Assembly (NCBI RefSeq): GCF_006345805.1
Contig: NC_043001.1
Location: forward strand, 50,716,001 to 50,780,000
DNA from: Octopus sinensis
Lineage: Eukaryota
DNA: 64,000 bases
Direction of reading: 5' to 3'
Shown: positions 37,971 through 49,750 of the stretch, one piece after another
Position numbering within the stretch: position 1 is the stretch's first letter
Layout: every line of letters starts with the position of its first letter
The notes under the pieces: model-generated
Seen by the model: the letters and a program-made list of their open reading frames with translations, nothing else
The model's database searches: none
What the model was told of the DNA's origin: nothing
Made by a program: the position numbers and the translations under genes

Positions 37971-39236
37971 TTGGGTTGTCCGGAAAGTTCATACCGATTT
38001 ATAGTAGCTTACCTTTCGACTTATTTTGGAACATGGTTGAGTCCATAAAATAGGATTTGACTACACCTCCATTTAGAGCACAGTTTAAGCTATCTTTTCG
38101 TGGAAGAAGATTTATGTTCCTATAACCTGTGTTAATTCTGTAACCCTTTTAAATGGAAGATAAGAAAGTTCATTTTCGGCACTTGATGCTTATATTTTTC
38201 CGTAAAGGGAAAAATGCCTCAAGCAACCAAAGAAATATGCGCAGTTTACAGTGATGTTTCTTTATCCAAAAGAACTGTATGGAAGTGGTTTGCAAGGTTC
38301 TGACTGGAGATTGTAGCCTTATTGATAAAGAGCGATCAGCAGACCATCCACTACAGATGATGACCAAATCAAGTCATTAATTGAGAATAGCATACATTGC
38401 ACAACCCAAGAATTGGCAGAAAGCCTCAGCCTATCAAAATCAGTTGTTTATGAGCACCTGGTAAAGCTTGGGTATACAAATTGCTATAATGTTTGGGTAC
38501 CACGTGAGTTGAGTGAGAAGAACCTTTTGGATTGCATTTCCATTTGTGATTCGCTTTATAAACAGAATGAAAACGCGCCTTTTTTAAAGCAAATTGTGAC
38601 AAGTGATTAGAAATGGATTATCTACCAAAATGTTCAGAGAAAGTGATCCTGGAGTAGGCGACATGAGCCACCTTTAGCCACCCCAAAAGCAGGTCTTCAC
38701 CCTAAAAAAGTCTTGCTTTGTGTCTGGTGGGATTGGAAAGGAATTCTGTACTATGAGCTTCTCCCAAGTAACCAGACAATTAATTCTGAGAAATATTGCA
38801 CACAACTGGACAAGCACCAATTCAAGAGAAATATCCAGGATTGGCCAACAGGGTGTTGTTTTCCAACATGATAATGCAAGACCACACGTTTCTTTGGGAA
38901 CCAGACAAAAATTGCTGCAGCTCGGCTGGGATGTGTTACCCCACCCTCCATATTCACCAGATATTGCTCCTTCGGATTCCCACTTATTCAGGTCTCTGCA
39001 GAATAGTCTTAATGGTAAAAATTTCAATTCCTTGGATGACATAAAAAGATAGCTTGATGAATTCTTGATGAAACCACCTCAATTCTGGGAAGAGGGTATT
39101 TTCAAGTAAAAGGTAAGATGGAGATGCATTGTGCAACAAAATGGTTCATATTTGGTTGATTAAAAATGTAATGGCAAGTATTTATTGACCTTTTTCTTTC
39201 ATTTAAAAATCGGCACAGACTTTCCAGACAGCCCAA
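37971..39236 (+). mobile_element. Near full-length mariner (DD34D) element, transposase pseudogene
   Basis: TA-flanked TIRs ttgggttgtccggaaagt / actttccagacagcccaa; MEDKKVHFRH..., WVPRELS, IVTSD*KW, FQHDNARPH, HPPYSPDIAPSDSHLF. Confidence 0.95.
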
Positions 39237-40828
39237 TATTACTAGTGGTACTTATTTTATCTTTATTTAACTCTGAATCATAAAGCTCTGAAAAGGTTAA
39301 AAGTATTTTCTCATTGCTCACAAATTTCTTTCCTTTTGCTAAGTTTTATCAAAAGAAACACAGTTCCTCTTTGAACCACTCTTCCTCTCGTGAACCGTGG
39401 TTATCTTGATATGGGTTGAGATTAGAGTTATTGTGATTTCTGTTGTGTTTAAACCTAGTATATTTGGTCTATTAAAATGTCTTTTTATGAAATGTTTTAT
39501 GATAGATCAAAAATATATGGAAGAAACAAGAAATGCTTTGGTGGTGAAAGAATACGCCAAAAGAAAATGGTGTAAAGAGCTTTTCTCCATTAACAAACTT
39601 ATTTTTTTACAGTTTTCTCATGAGAACAACAAAACAAGACATTCAATATTGATTTGTTCTGCTCAGTAAGTGTTTCGAGGGTGTGAGTTTGATAAAAAGA
39701 TTACATGCATGGAGAATGACTTTATTTAAATGTTATTAACAATATTCAACAAGTGGAAACAACTTGGGCCTGCCTCAAGCGAGGAAATAAATGGTGCTGT
39801 GATGCGATGTTTTGTCCTTTTTGGACATGGCAAGTTGGTGTGACAGAGTAAGAGACAAATTGTGCCAATACCAACCATATGCATATGAGACATATATAGT
39901 ACAAAAGAAAGACAAAGAAAAAGAAAAAAAAGGAGAAAGAAAAAATATCAATACAGCTTCAAATGCTTCAATTCATTGTGCACCACAAGGTGAAGTGGAA
40001 CTACTGAAGCAAACCAGCACACTCACGGTATTATCACAAGCAACAGCGAGGCTAAGGCATTGGAAAAGCCAAGCACCCTCACAGGCATCACCTGCCAACA
40101 CTGTAAGGTAAGCTGGCAATGATAAGAACTTCGCCATCTCAAATGCCACAGAGTGGAAGAGATAGTTCACTGCCAGGTCCTCATTCTTCAGGGTTTTGTT
40201 CTGTTCAGCTACGGAAGTAGTGATCCTCCTATTTACTGCAGTATCCAGGATGTGGAAGGGAGCAATATCTTTTAAAAACCATAATCCAGTGAAAATTTGA
40301 AAAACTTTAAGAGGTTGGAAGAAATTTAGCAAGATCAATATTTGCTTTATCTTGTATTAAAAACATGAAAATAAAAAAAATAAGACCCTCAAAAAGTAAA
40401 ATGTTATTTAGATGGGTACACACTACATGCATATATAAATACAAGCATACCCACATTATGGCTACCTCAGATTATAGAATTTGGTGCTTACAGAGATTGT
40501 AAGGTATGACCCTTAATTTTGGGATAAAGTTTGTAATTTCTCTCTTACAGAAACTCATATTGCATAGTTTTAAATTGCTAACAATAGCTACTTGCATTTT
40601 AGTCAAGATCAAACTATATAGTTGACAATTTGAAAACTATTATCACACAATAAACACACAGAAACATGTATATATAATGTGAGTATATATATACTCACAT
40701 TATATATACATGTATGTGTGTGTGTGTCAAAATATTTTCGTTGCTTTGAAACCACGACCTGTTCGCTGGCAACATTCCATGCAGCATGGACACACACACA
40801 CAGATATATATATATATATATATATATA

Positions 40829-42030
40829 TTGATAAAACGGTAAGATAACAAAAGAAAGAAAGAGACCTCAATATTATGTAAATAGAGGAAATTTATCTAT
40901 ACAATATGTTACATTACTCGGTAGTCAAGATAAAACTCTGAGTTTCAGATGCCGAAGTGGAAATCCACAACACCATCTCTTCGGTTATCTGGCTATTTGA
41001 AAACGTTATGAAAAAATACCGTTAAAAATGAAGGGAAATACTCTGTTATAACTCTGCTTTGCCTGCGTACTTATACATCGCTCGCATTTTTCGTCATAAA
41101 AATATATAAAAATACATAAAAATATATAAAAATATATAAAAATATATAAAATCTTCTTGGACATAACACAGAAAGCATGTTCTATCCGTTTTCTTTAGGG
41201 GACCAAAAACGTAACAGAAATTAGTCACATGTGGGCATGATCCGAAAAGCTCTGTCCTTGTATTTAGACATGTGGTAGGGTCTAAGCTGCTTTTCCAGAT
41301 AAGCCATCTCTCCATGTCGCATAAACCGCACCTTCCGCTGCCGTTAGTATAGGGCTTACATCTGGCCAAAATCTTCCATTGTATGTTATAATCGACACCT
41401 TTATCTCTTAAAGACCAAATATGATTGGATAATTGTGTCGCTTTTCTTTAGGCACTGGAACAAAAGAAAAGCGACACAATTATCCAATCATATTTGGTCT
41501 TTAAGAGATAAAGGTATCGATTATAACATACAATGGAAGATTTTGCCAGATGTAAGCCCTATACTAACGGCAGCGGAAGGTGCGGTTTATGCGACATGGA
41601 GAGATGGCTTATCTGGAAAAGCAGCTTAGACCCTACCACATGTCTAAATACAAGGACAGAGCTTTTCGGATCATGCCCACATGTGACTAAATTTCTGTTA
41701 CGTTTTTGGTCCCCTAAAGAAAACGGATAGAACATGCTTTCTGTGTTATGTCCCAAGAAGATTTTATATATTTTTTATATATTTTTATATATTTTTATAT
41801 ATTTTTATGTATTTTATATAATTTTATGACGAAAAATGCGAGCGATGTATAAGTACGCAGGCAAAGCAGAGTTATAACAGAGTAATTTCCCTTCATTTTT
41901 AACGGTATTTTTTCATAACGTTTTCAAATAGCCAGATAACCGAAGAGATGGTGTTGTGGATTTCCACTTCGGCATCTGAAACTCAGAGTTTTATCTTGAC
42001 TACCGAGTAATGTAACATATTGTATAGATA
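40829..42030. mobile_element. Penelope-like element 3' end (GIY-YIG C-terminus + UTR) present as a palindrome
   Basis: Arms 40894-41449 and 41463-42030 with a 13-nt spacer; protein ATQLSNHIWSLRDKGIDYNIQWKI..CKPYTNGSGRCGLCDMER..CLNTRTELFGSCPH; (TA)n on both flanks. Confidence 0.9.
41934..41996 (+). ncRNA. Hammerhead-like motif in the Penelope UTR (mirror copy at 40928-40990 on -)
   Basis: Stem I agataa/ttatct, core CCGAAGA, stem II gatg/catc, GAAA-CTC-a-GAG-TT. Confidence 0.6.
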
Positions 42031-42200
42031 TATATATATATATATATATTACTGAGATGTAAACAAACATAAGTTGCTTTTTGAAGTGTTGAAATGTATT
42101 GTAAAACAAGTAGAAAGATATACTTTTGCAACACATAAATACTGAACAGTATATATAAAGGAAAAAATCCTTTTAAGAGCAGAAGAATATATTTATACTT

Positions 42201-42520
42201 GAAGGCATGTGGCTTAGTAGTGGTTAGCGTATTCAGCTCACAATCATTAGGTCATGAGTTCAATTGCCAGCAATGCATTTTGTCCTTGAGCAAGACATTT
42301 TATTTCACGTTGCTGCTGTCCACTCAGCTAGCAAAAATGAGTAGTACCTATATTTCAAAGGGCCAGCCTTGTCACACTCTGTTATCGTGCTAATTCTCCT
42401 TGAGAACTTACGTTAAGGGTACATGTGTTTGTGGAGTGCTCAGCCAGTTGCACATTAATTTCATGAGCAGGCTGTTCTGTCGATCAGATCAACTGGAACT
42501 CTTGTCGTAACTGAGTGCCA
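42201..42520 (+). mobile_element. tRNA-derived SINE related to 54737-54975
   Basis: Head tggcttagtagtggttagc...gagttcaatt; shares atttcacgttgctgc.gtccactcagct..gcaaaaatgagta. Confidence 0.7.
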
Positions 42521-43399
42521 TATCTATACATATATATCATCGTCATCATCATTTAACGTCCACCTTCCATGCTGACATGAGTTGGACAGTTTGCCAGGAG
42601 CTGGCCAGAGAGAAGCCTGCATCAGACTTCTGTGTCTGTTTTAGCAGGGGTTTTTTTATGGCTGGATGCCCTTCCTGACACCAACTACCAAGCAGAGTGG
42701 ACAGTGTTTTTTACATGGCAGAAGTACTGGCAAGGTCAGTTTTAGCATGGTTTTTACAGCTGGATGCCCTTCCAAATGCCAACCACTTTACAGTGAGGAT
42801 TGTATGGTTTTTAAGTGGCCCCAGCACTGGCAGGAGTCACCAAGTAACTTGCAAGACAAAGATCCTTTGAGAGGATAGAGGGAATTATAGGAGGGGTCTT
42901 GGGTTAGATGATGAAAGGTTATAGTGAGACAGAGAGACAGAAACAGATGTCTTGCTGTAAGGTTACCTGGCGAGAGAGGGTGAGAGAGAGAGAGAGAGAA
43001 ATGAGGACAGAAGTAGGTGTGCTGCTGTAATGAAGATAGATGGTTCCCCAACCTGCGGGAAGAGCAGGAGAAGGAGAGAGAGTGTGGGAAACAGCAGGAG
43101 AGAGATGGTGGCCAATGCTGGGCATACTCACAAGTGACAGGGATCAGAATATAAATAGAGTGGTTGCATACACACACACAGACATTAAACCCCACCCCCA
43201 CACATACACACATAAGCTTTGTTTTCTCTTCACAACACCATTCAACAATTACAATGTAACCTAACGTATATGCATACATTTGTAAACCAGAAAGTTTATA
43301 ATTTCTTATGCAATAAATTGAAGGTTAAAGAAAAGAGCAGATGCTGAAAACAATTGCATTGTAGTTAATTTAATCACTTATTTTTTTACTTCAGATATG

Positions 43400-43790
43400 C
43401 AAAAGTTTTTACAACACTTTTTTTCTTGTTTGCCTTTTCTATTATACAATTCTCTCTTTACACAATTTGCCAATGAAAGCTGTTTTGTTTAGAGTGGCCA
43501 TAAATAAGTCCTTTATAAGCCTTAATGTGGTAAAGCTCTCTGCCATGATGGCTGCAGTTATAATTATTATAAACATTATTCTTAATGCAACCTACACATT
43601 TGGCATGACATCCTGTAACTCATTACTGTTAATGAATCCAATAGTTTCAATCGGAAGCTTTACTTCTCCAGGAAATAAATCTTCTGCAATATCTAATTCA
43701 GTTAAGAGATCACATCCGTTAGTATTCCCTAAGTAATATTTAAAAATAAGCTCCACTATTGTTGTGGTATTTTCACAATTTGTTTTTGTT
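43400..43790 (-). pseudogene. hAT transposase C-terminal dimerisation-domain relic
   Basis: Reads DLLTELD...QDVMPNV*VALRIMFIIIITAAIMAESFTTLRLIK, resembling FPNxxxALRILLTIPVTVASAERSFSKLKLIK. Confidence 0.65.
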
Positions 43791-44054
43791 TCATTTTATT
43801 AATTATTTTCAAACTAGAACACCCAAGCCGTGAATGAAGACGGAGGTGTCGATGAAAATTGTACATGATGAAAGTTGCTAATGATAGTATGAGGATGTAA
43901 ATATGAATGCCAAAAATAACAGGAAAACAAGAAAATTATATTTATAACTTCCCAAACATTATACAGATTCGATTACTTTTAATATGTACAACATGTTGCA
44001 GTCAATGATTCACTCATTATTCTACATTGTTTTTATTTTTCTAAAATAAATGCT

Positions 44055-44412
44055 ATCGTGGCCGTTGCCAGCCTCGCCTGGCCTCCGTGCCGGTGGCACG
44101 TAAAAAGCACCATCTGTTCATGGCCGTTGCCAGCCTTGCCTGGCCTCTGTGCTGGTGGCACATAAAAAGCACAATCCGATCGTGGCCGTTTGCCAGCCTC
44201 GTCTGGCACCTGTGTCGGTGGCACGTAAAAAGCACCCACTACACTCATGGAGTGGTTGGCGTTAGGAAGGACATCCAGCCGTAGAAACATTGCCAGATCA
44301 GACTGGGCCTGGTGCAGCCTTCTGGCTTCCCAGACTCCAGTTGAACCGTCCAACCCATGCCAGCATGGAAAGCGGACGCTAAACGATGATGATGATGATG
44401 ATGATGATGATG
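44055..44412 (+). mobile_element. RTE-like 3' tail with three tandem units and (GAT)n
   Basis: Three copies of tggccgttgccagcct.g...ggtggcac.taaaaagcac; tail gatgatgat. Confidence 0.8.
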
Positions 44413-44476
44413 AAATGCTCTACCTAATTTCATAAATGTATATGTCTTCAAAACTACCAAAATATATGCAAACGAA

Positions 44477-44706
44477 GGTGGCGAGCTGGCAGAAACATTA
44501 GCACGCCGGGCAAAATGCGTTGCCGTATTTCGTCTGCCGTTACATTCTGAGTTCAAATTCCACCGAGGTCAACTTTGCCTTTCATCCTTCCGGGGTCGAT
44601 AAATTAAGTACCAGTTACGCACTGGGGTCGATGTAATCAACTTAATCCGTTTGTCTGTCCTTGTTTGTCTCCTCTGTGTTTAGCCCCTTGTGGGTAGTAA
44701 AGAAAT
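44477..44706 (+). mobile_element. SINE family B, full length
   Basis: Head ggtggcgagctggcagaa; Nin/Deu-like cctttcatccttccggggtcgataaattaagtacc. Confidence 0.9.
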
Positions 44707-46026
44707 GTATATATGCAGACTTGAACATGAAACCATGCGAGTTGTTGGTTGTTTATATACATGAGGCTGCAGGTAAGTAATACAAAAACACCATTCCAAT
44801 TTTAAATGAGATTTTATTTATGCCACACAAGTCATGAATTTGGTCATAAATTACAAAAGTCTTCATATAAGGAATACCCTGTAACATGCATAGTGAGCAG
44901 GATACCAAATGCTAGTTCTGGAGCTGGATTAAATACAGGAATATATATATGCAGTGCTTAATTTCTGCTATCATATAACACATGTCAGGGTGAGCATGCA
45001 GTTGTTAGAATAATAATGTAAGCAATGAAAGAGTGTGTGAATTGGACTAAAACTTAGCACACACACACACACACACACTGGAGCTTGGCATTTAAAACAG
45101 GCTCTGTTTATAAGCTTATTACTGAGAATAATCTAGAAGGGTCTGGGAAAAAAAGCCTGTCATGTGAAGACCAGCAGCTGAATGGCTGATAACTCAGCCT
45201 CACACATAAACAGGGTTGAGTGATGATATGGCTTAAAGTCCATAATGTTCAAGTCTCATTACAGACATGAGCTTACAAAATGATAACATACATTTTCTAA
45301 AGGTTTTCAAGGGACTACTGGTTTAGTTTATGCAAAAACAGTGCCTTTACAACACATCTGACACATTCTGTGTAAAAGCTACAAATGTACCTAAGTATTA
45401 GTATTCACATTCACTGCAAAAGTTTTGTACCATATATATATATATATATACACACACACATACATATATATATGGTACAGAATAAGAAGAAATACGAAGA
45501 TAAGGTAAAAAAAAACAAATAGAGTGTATTAGGATGATGCTTATGAAAACTGAAGGAAATTCTTAATGTTTTGAGCCTATGCTCTTCTACAGAAAGGGTA
45601 GATGAAAAGACAGAAAAATAAAGAGAAAAAAGTTTCAATTAGATGGTCATCGAATGCTGAAATGACAGGAAGAGGAAGAAGTTGGCAAGGGTGATATCAG
45701 TAACCTGGCATATATGCGTGTGTGAGCAAGCAGGTGTGCTTATATAAAGCTAGTGTGTGCCTGTGTACATGTATAGGGCATGTGTCATGTGTGTATATAT
45801 GAAGCAATATGTATGTGTATACTCTCTATATTTGTTTATGTGTGTGTGCATGCATGTGCGTGTCTGTGTGCATGTGTATGTTTGTATATATACTTACATA
45901 AATACACACATACACTCATATATATTTATACCTACCTACCTACCTACCTTTATATATACATATATAAGAGAGAGAGAGTGAACAAACAAAACATGTATTT
46001 ATGTATTCATCGATCATGTATGTATA

Positions 46027-46666
46027 TCATTATTCAGTTTTATTTCAAGATTTCTAGCCAATAGAAAAAAATGCCGGTTTCTAACCTAAATGCAAGGCTC
46101 CTTCATTGGAATTTCAACATTAACAACAGGTTATTTTTGTATGTGTCTATGTATACATGCAAGCCTGTAAGTTTTTTCCTATGTATGTCTTCTCATACAA
46201 ATACTTGCATATCTAGACATGATCATATATACTTAAATGATAAACTTCTGGAAAGTTTTACAGATTTTTACAGTTCCAGTGATAGCTTAGACATGTAATC
46301 TTCAAATGAGCTTTCTCCTTCCTGGTTTTGAGAAGCCTAATTTCTCAAGATTGGTACTTAGGCAGTGTGTTACATATCCCAAGGTCCCAATAATTACAGG
46401 TATAAAACTGAACTTGTAGTCTAGGTAGAGTTACTGTGGATTTCTCAATAGTTTAGCGTAGGTATTCTCTTTTTCACTAATATTCAGCTTTATATTAACA
46501 TCCACTGGGCAGCTGATTTCCACTATTGTACACAGTTTCTCTTCTCTATTCCCGATCAATATATCAGGTCTATTGTGGTTACATTTTACTGAGGTTTTCT
46601 CTGGGATGTTCCACCAATACTCCTTTTCATTATGAGTGGCTGACTTCCCCCATACTGTAGGTTCTT
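46027..46666 (-). mobile_element. RLE-type (R2-group) LINE 3' end inserted in (TATG)n
   Basis: Minus translation EYWWNIP..KCNHNRPDIL..IVEISCPVD..KENTYAKL..FIPVIIGTLG; tatg repeats on both sides. Confidence 0.85.
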
Positions 46667-46711
46667 ATGTATGTATGTATGTATGTATGTATGTATGTAT
46701 GTATGTATGTA

Positions 46712-46937
46712 TCTTTTCTATTTTTTAATTATTATAAATCTTCCACTGAGGAGGGAGCTGGTTTCCAACATAGATACAAGGCTCCATCTTTGGGATGTAG
46801 TTAACACAAACAAATTCACATTTGGAACTTGAAAAGTCTTGCATATTTTCACTGTTCCACTCACAGATTACACTTGTAATGTATGAATTAGGTGATCGAT
46901 TTCTCTTTCTGAAAATCTCAGTTTATCCAGATTCTCT
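46712..46937 (-). mobile_element. Second subfamily of the same RLE LINE, short 3' fragment in (TATG)n
   Basis: ENLDKLRFSEREIDHLIHTLQV*SVSGTVKICKTF; shared UTR motif gg.ttc.aac.taga..caaggctc. Confidence 0.75.
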
Positions 46938-46980
46938 TGTATGTATGTATGTATGTATGTATGTATGTATGTATGTATGT

Positions 46981-47021
<41 letters not shown>

Positions 47022-47032
47022 GTGTGTGTGTG

Positions 47033-49065
47033 TGTTCACAGACAACAATGCTACACTGTTGACATATAGCTGCTATTACAACGTAGATAAATTCAAAGAA
47101 TATTTACAAAGCGAAAATTCTTAGAAAGCAGTCTCTACCAGCACTCAGTACGAAACCAATAAAGTAAGTAAAAGTAGTGTTTTGATTCGAGGAAACTTCG
47201 TGGCAATCCGCCACTCAAATACTTTGTTTTTATTTATACATTTGTCCCTCGACCTAAATATTTCTTCCGACTCACAATATTTATTTAAAACCATCTCTGA
47301 CTAGCAGAAAAGCAAATTGCTACTGAGAAATCGAAAACGAAACTTACAATCAGTTCGTCATTCAAAGCTCAAATAGGCGCTGGTACCGTTTTGTTTCCTG
47401 TAAGATACAGTATATTACTTTAGGCTTCGTTGTTCATTTCACAAGAATTATCGTAACTTAAAATACAATAATAATTCGCCGTATCGCAGTTCACCTATCG
47501 TGCCCTCTGTACATCGCGAATATGTAAATTAAATCGCGAACTCTTCAGTATATCAAGGGTTTCTGCGACCGATAGGTATTTATATTTTTTCAGATTTTAA
47601 TTATTTCTGTGATAAAATTTTCACGCTCAAAAATGAATAACTTAATTAATAAATATACAGTACTGTACTGTATAACACATTAATTAAAGTATATTAAAAG
47701 AAAATATGTAGTTACCGTAGATGCGTATGTATGTATGTATGTATGTATGTATGTATGTATGCATGCATGCATTTATGTATGTATGTATGTATGTATGTAT
47801 GTATGTGTGTATGTATGTATGTATGTATGTATGTATGTGTGTATCGTGTACACACATATTGACTTTACTTAACGTAGTTTCAATTAAAGTCGAATCTATT
47901 CGTTATAACGACTATATGAAATGGTATAAAAACCAAAATCAAATAGTTCGTAAAATATGTCTGTCAAAATTACTTTTTGGTTTCACTTTACTTTCTTTCT
48001 GTTGTAACTCGTTTCGTTGTCATTTCACTAAAGTATAAAGAACTCGACAAACAATAATGGGTAACTAAACTAGTCCGTCCATTTTCTTTTATTTCATGAA
48101 TGTTATCTAAGAGACAATCATCACAGTCTACTTGACAGAGATTCAATTACAGTAATCCCTCGACTATCGCGGGAGTTGCGTCCCCCACCCCGCGAGAGGT
48201 GAAAATTCGCGAAGTAGAGACAGTAGAGTACTGTATATATATTTGTAGCCTAGGTCGTCACAACATTTTTTTTTTAATAATTTGTAGATATTTATTTTAT
48301 TATACATGCAAAACAACACCACACACTCACCTCCCGAGTTTTCCATTACAGTATGTGCGATTCTTTGTTTACGCATCTACGGTAACTACATATTTTCTTT
48401 TAATATACTTTAATTAATGTGTTATACAGTACAGTACTGTATATTTATTAATTAAGTTATTCATTTTTAAGCGTGAAAATTTTATCACAGAAATAATTAA
48501 AATCTGAAAAAATATAAATACCTATCGGTCGCAGAAACCCTTGATATACTGAAGAGTTCGCGATTTAAATTTACATATTCGCGATGTACAGAGGGCACGA
48601 TAGGTGAACTGCGATACGGCGAATTATTATTGTATTTTAAGTTACGATAATTCTTGTGAAATGAACAACGAAGCCTAAAGTAATATACTGTATCTTACAG
48701 GAAACAAAACGGTACCAGCGCCTATTTGAGCTTTGTATGACGAACTGATTGTAAGTTTCGTTTTCGATTTCTCAGTAGCAATTTGCTTTTCTGCTAGTCA
48801 GAGATGGTTTTAAATAAATATTGTGAGTCGGAAGAAATATTTAGGTCGAGGGACAAATGTATAAATAAAAACAAAGTATTTGAGTGGCGGATTGCCACGA
48901 AGTTTCCTCGAATCAAAGCACTACTTTTACTTACTTTATTGGTTTCGTACTGAGTGCTGGTAGAGACTGCTTTCTAAGAATTTTCGCTTTGTAAATATTC
49001 TTTGAATTTATCTACGTTGTAATAGCAGCTATATGTCAACAGTGTAGCATTGTTGTCTGTGAACA
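47033..49065. repeat. Long near-perfect inverted repeat (arms about 695 bp, spacer about 640 bp)
   Basis: 47033-47727 is the reverse complement of 48370-49065; about four differences found by eye. Confidence 0.95.
48150..48240 (+). mobile_element. pogo/Tigger-like terminal sequence
   Basis: TA-cagtaatccctcgactatcgcggg with cgcga subterminal repeats. Confidence 0.6.
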
Positions 49066-49750
49066 TACACACACACACACACACACACACATACACACAC
49101 TAAACATTAGAAACAAAGCATTACGTATATTCAACGATGAACAGCGAGCAGAATATATTGGAAGAGTTGTTATGTAAGCATATACGAGCAATTCGTAGTG
49201 ATGCCGAAAAAAAACGCAAATTAAATCTTATTAACAAGTGTAAAACGTTCTAACTGCTACAAAATTAAGAATAAAACGCATATAATGAAAAATGTAGAAA
49301 GATTTTAATAGAAGACATGCATTAGCATAATTATCCAATATTTGCTTCATACCATTCAAATTCAAGTGTTAGATATTCGATGGCGTAAAGAAAACATAGG
49401 CTTCTTATGCTAAAAGTAAAAATTCTGTAGTAAAATGTTATGTTGGCTGAAATGTTTCAAGAATCGTTCAAAATTGCACCATTCCTGAGGAACAGATGAG
49501 TCTGTAATCACTGACACAGATTTTACAGCTGACACAAAAAAAATATTGATGACGGAGAAATATTCATTGCAACAAAATTTTAATGTAGCTGACAAGGACT
49601 TTTTTAATGGAAACGGGTGCGAAAAGAAAATTGTATTTCTGAAAAAAGAAATATCAGCATTTGTTTTCGTGATTGTGAAAGTTCATATAACTTGTAGCGT
49701 ACACACTAGTGAAATTCCTCTCCTCTTTATTATGTATACATACATTCTAA

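Noticed and set aside
38720-39052. Mariner ORF as an active or domesticated transposase
   Set aside because: Upstream frames contain stops and frameshifts; only a fragment is open.
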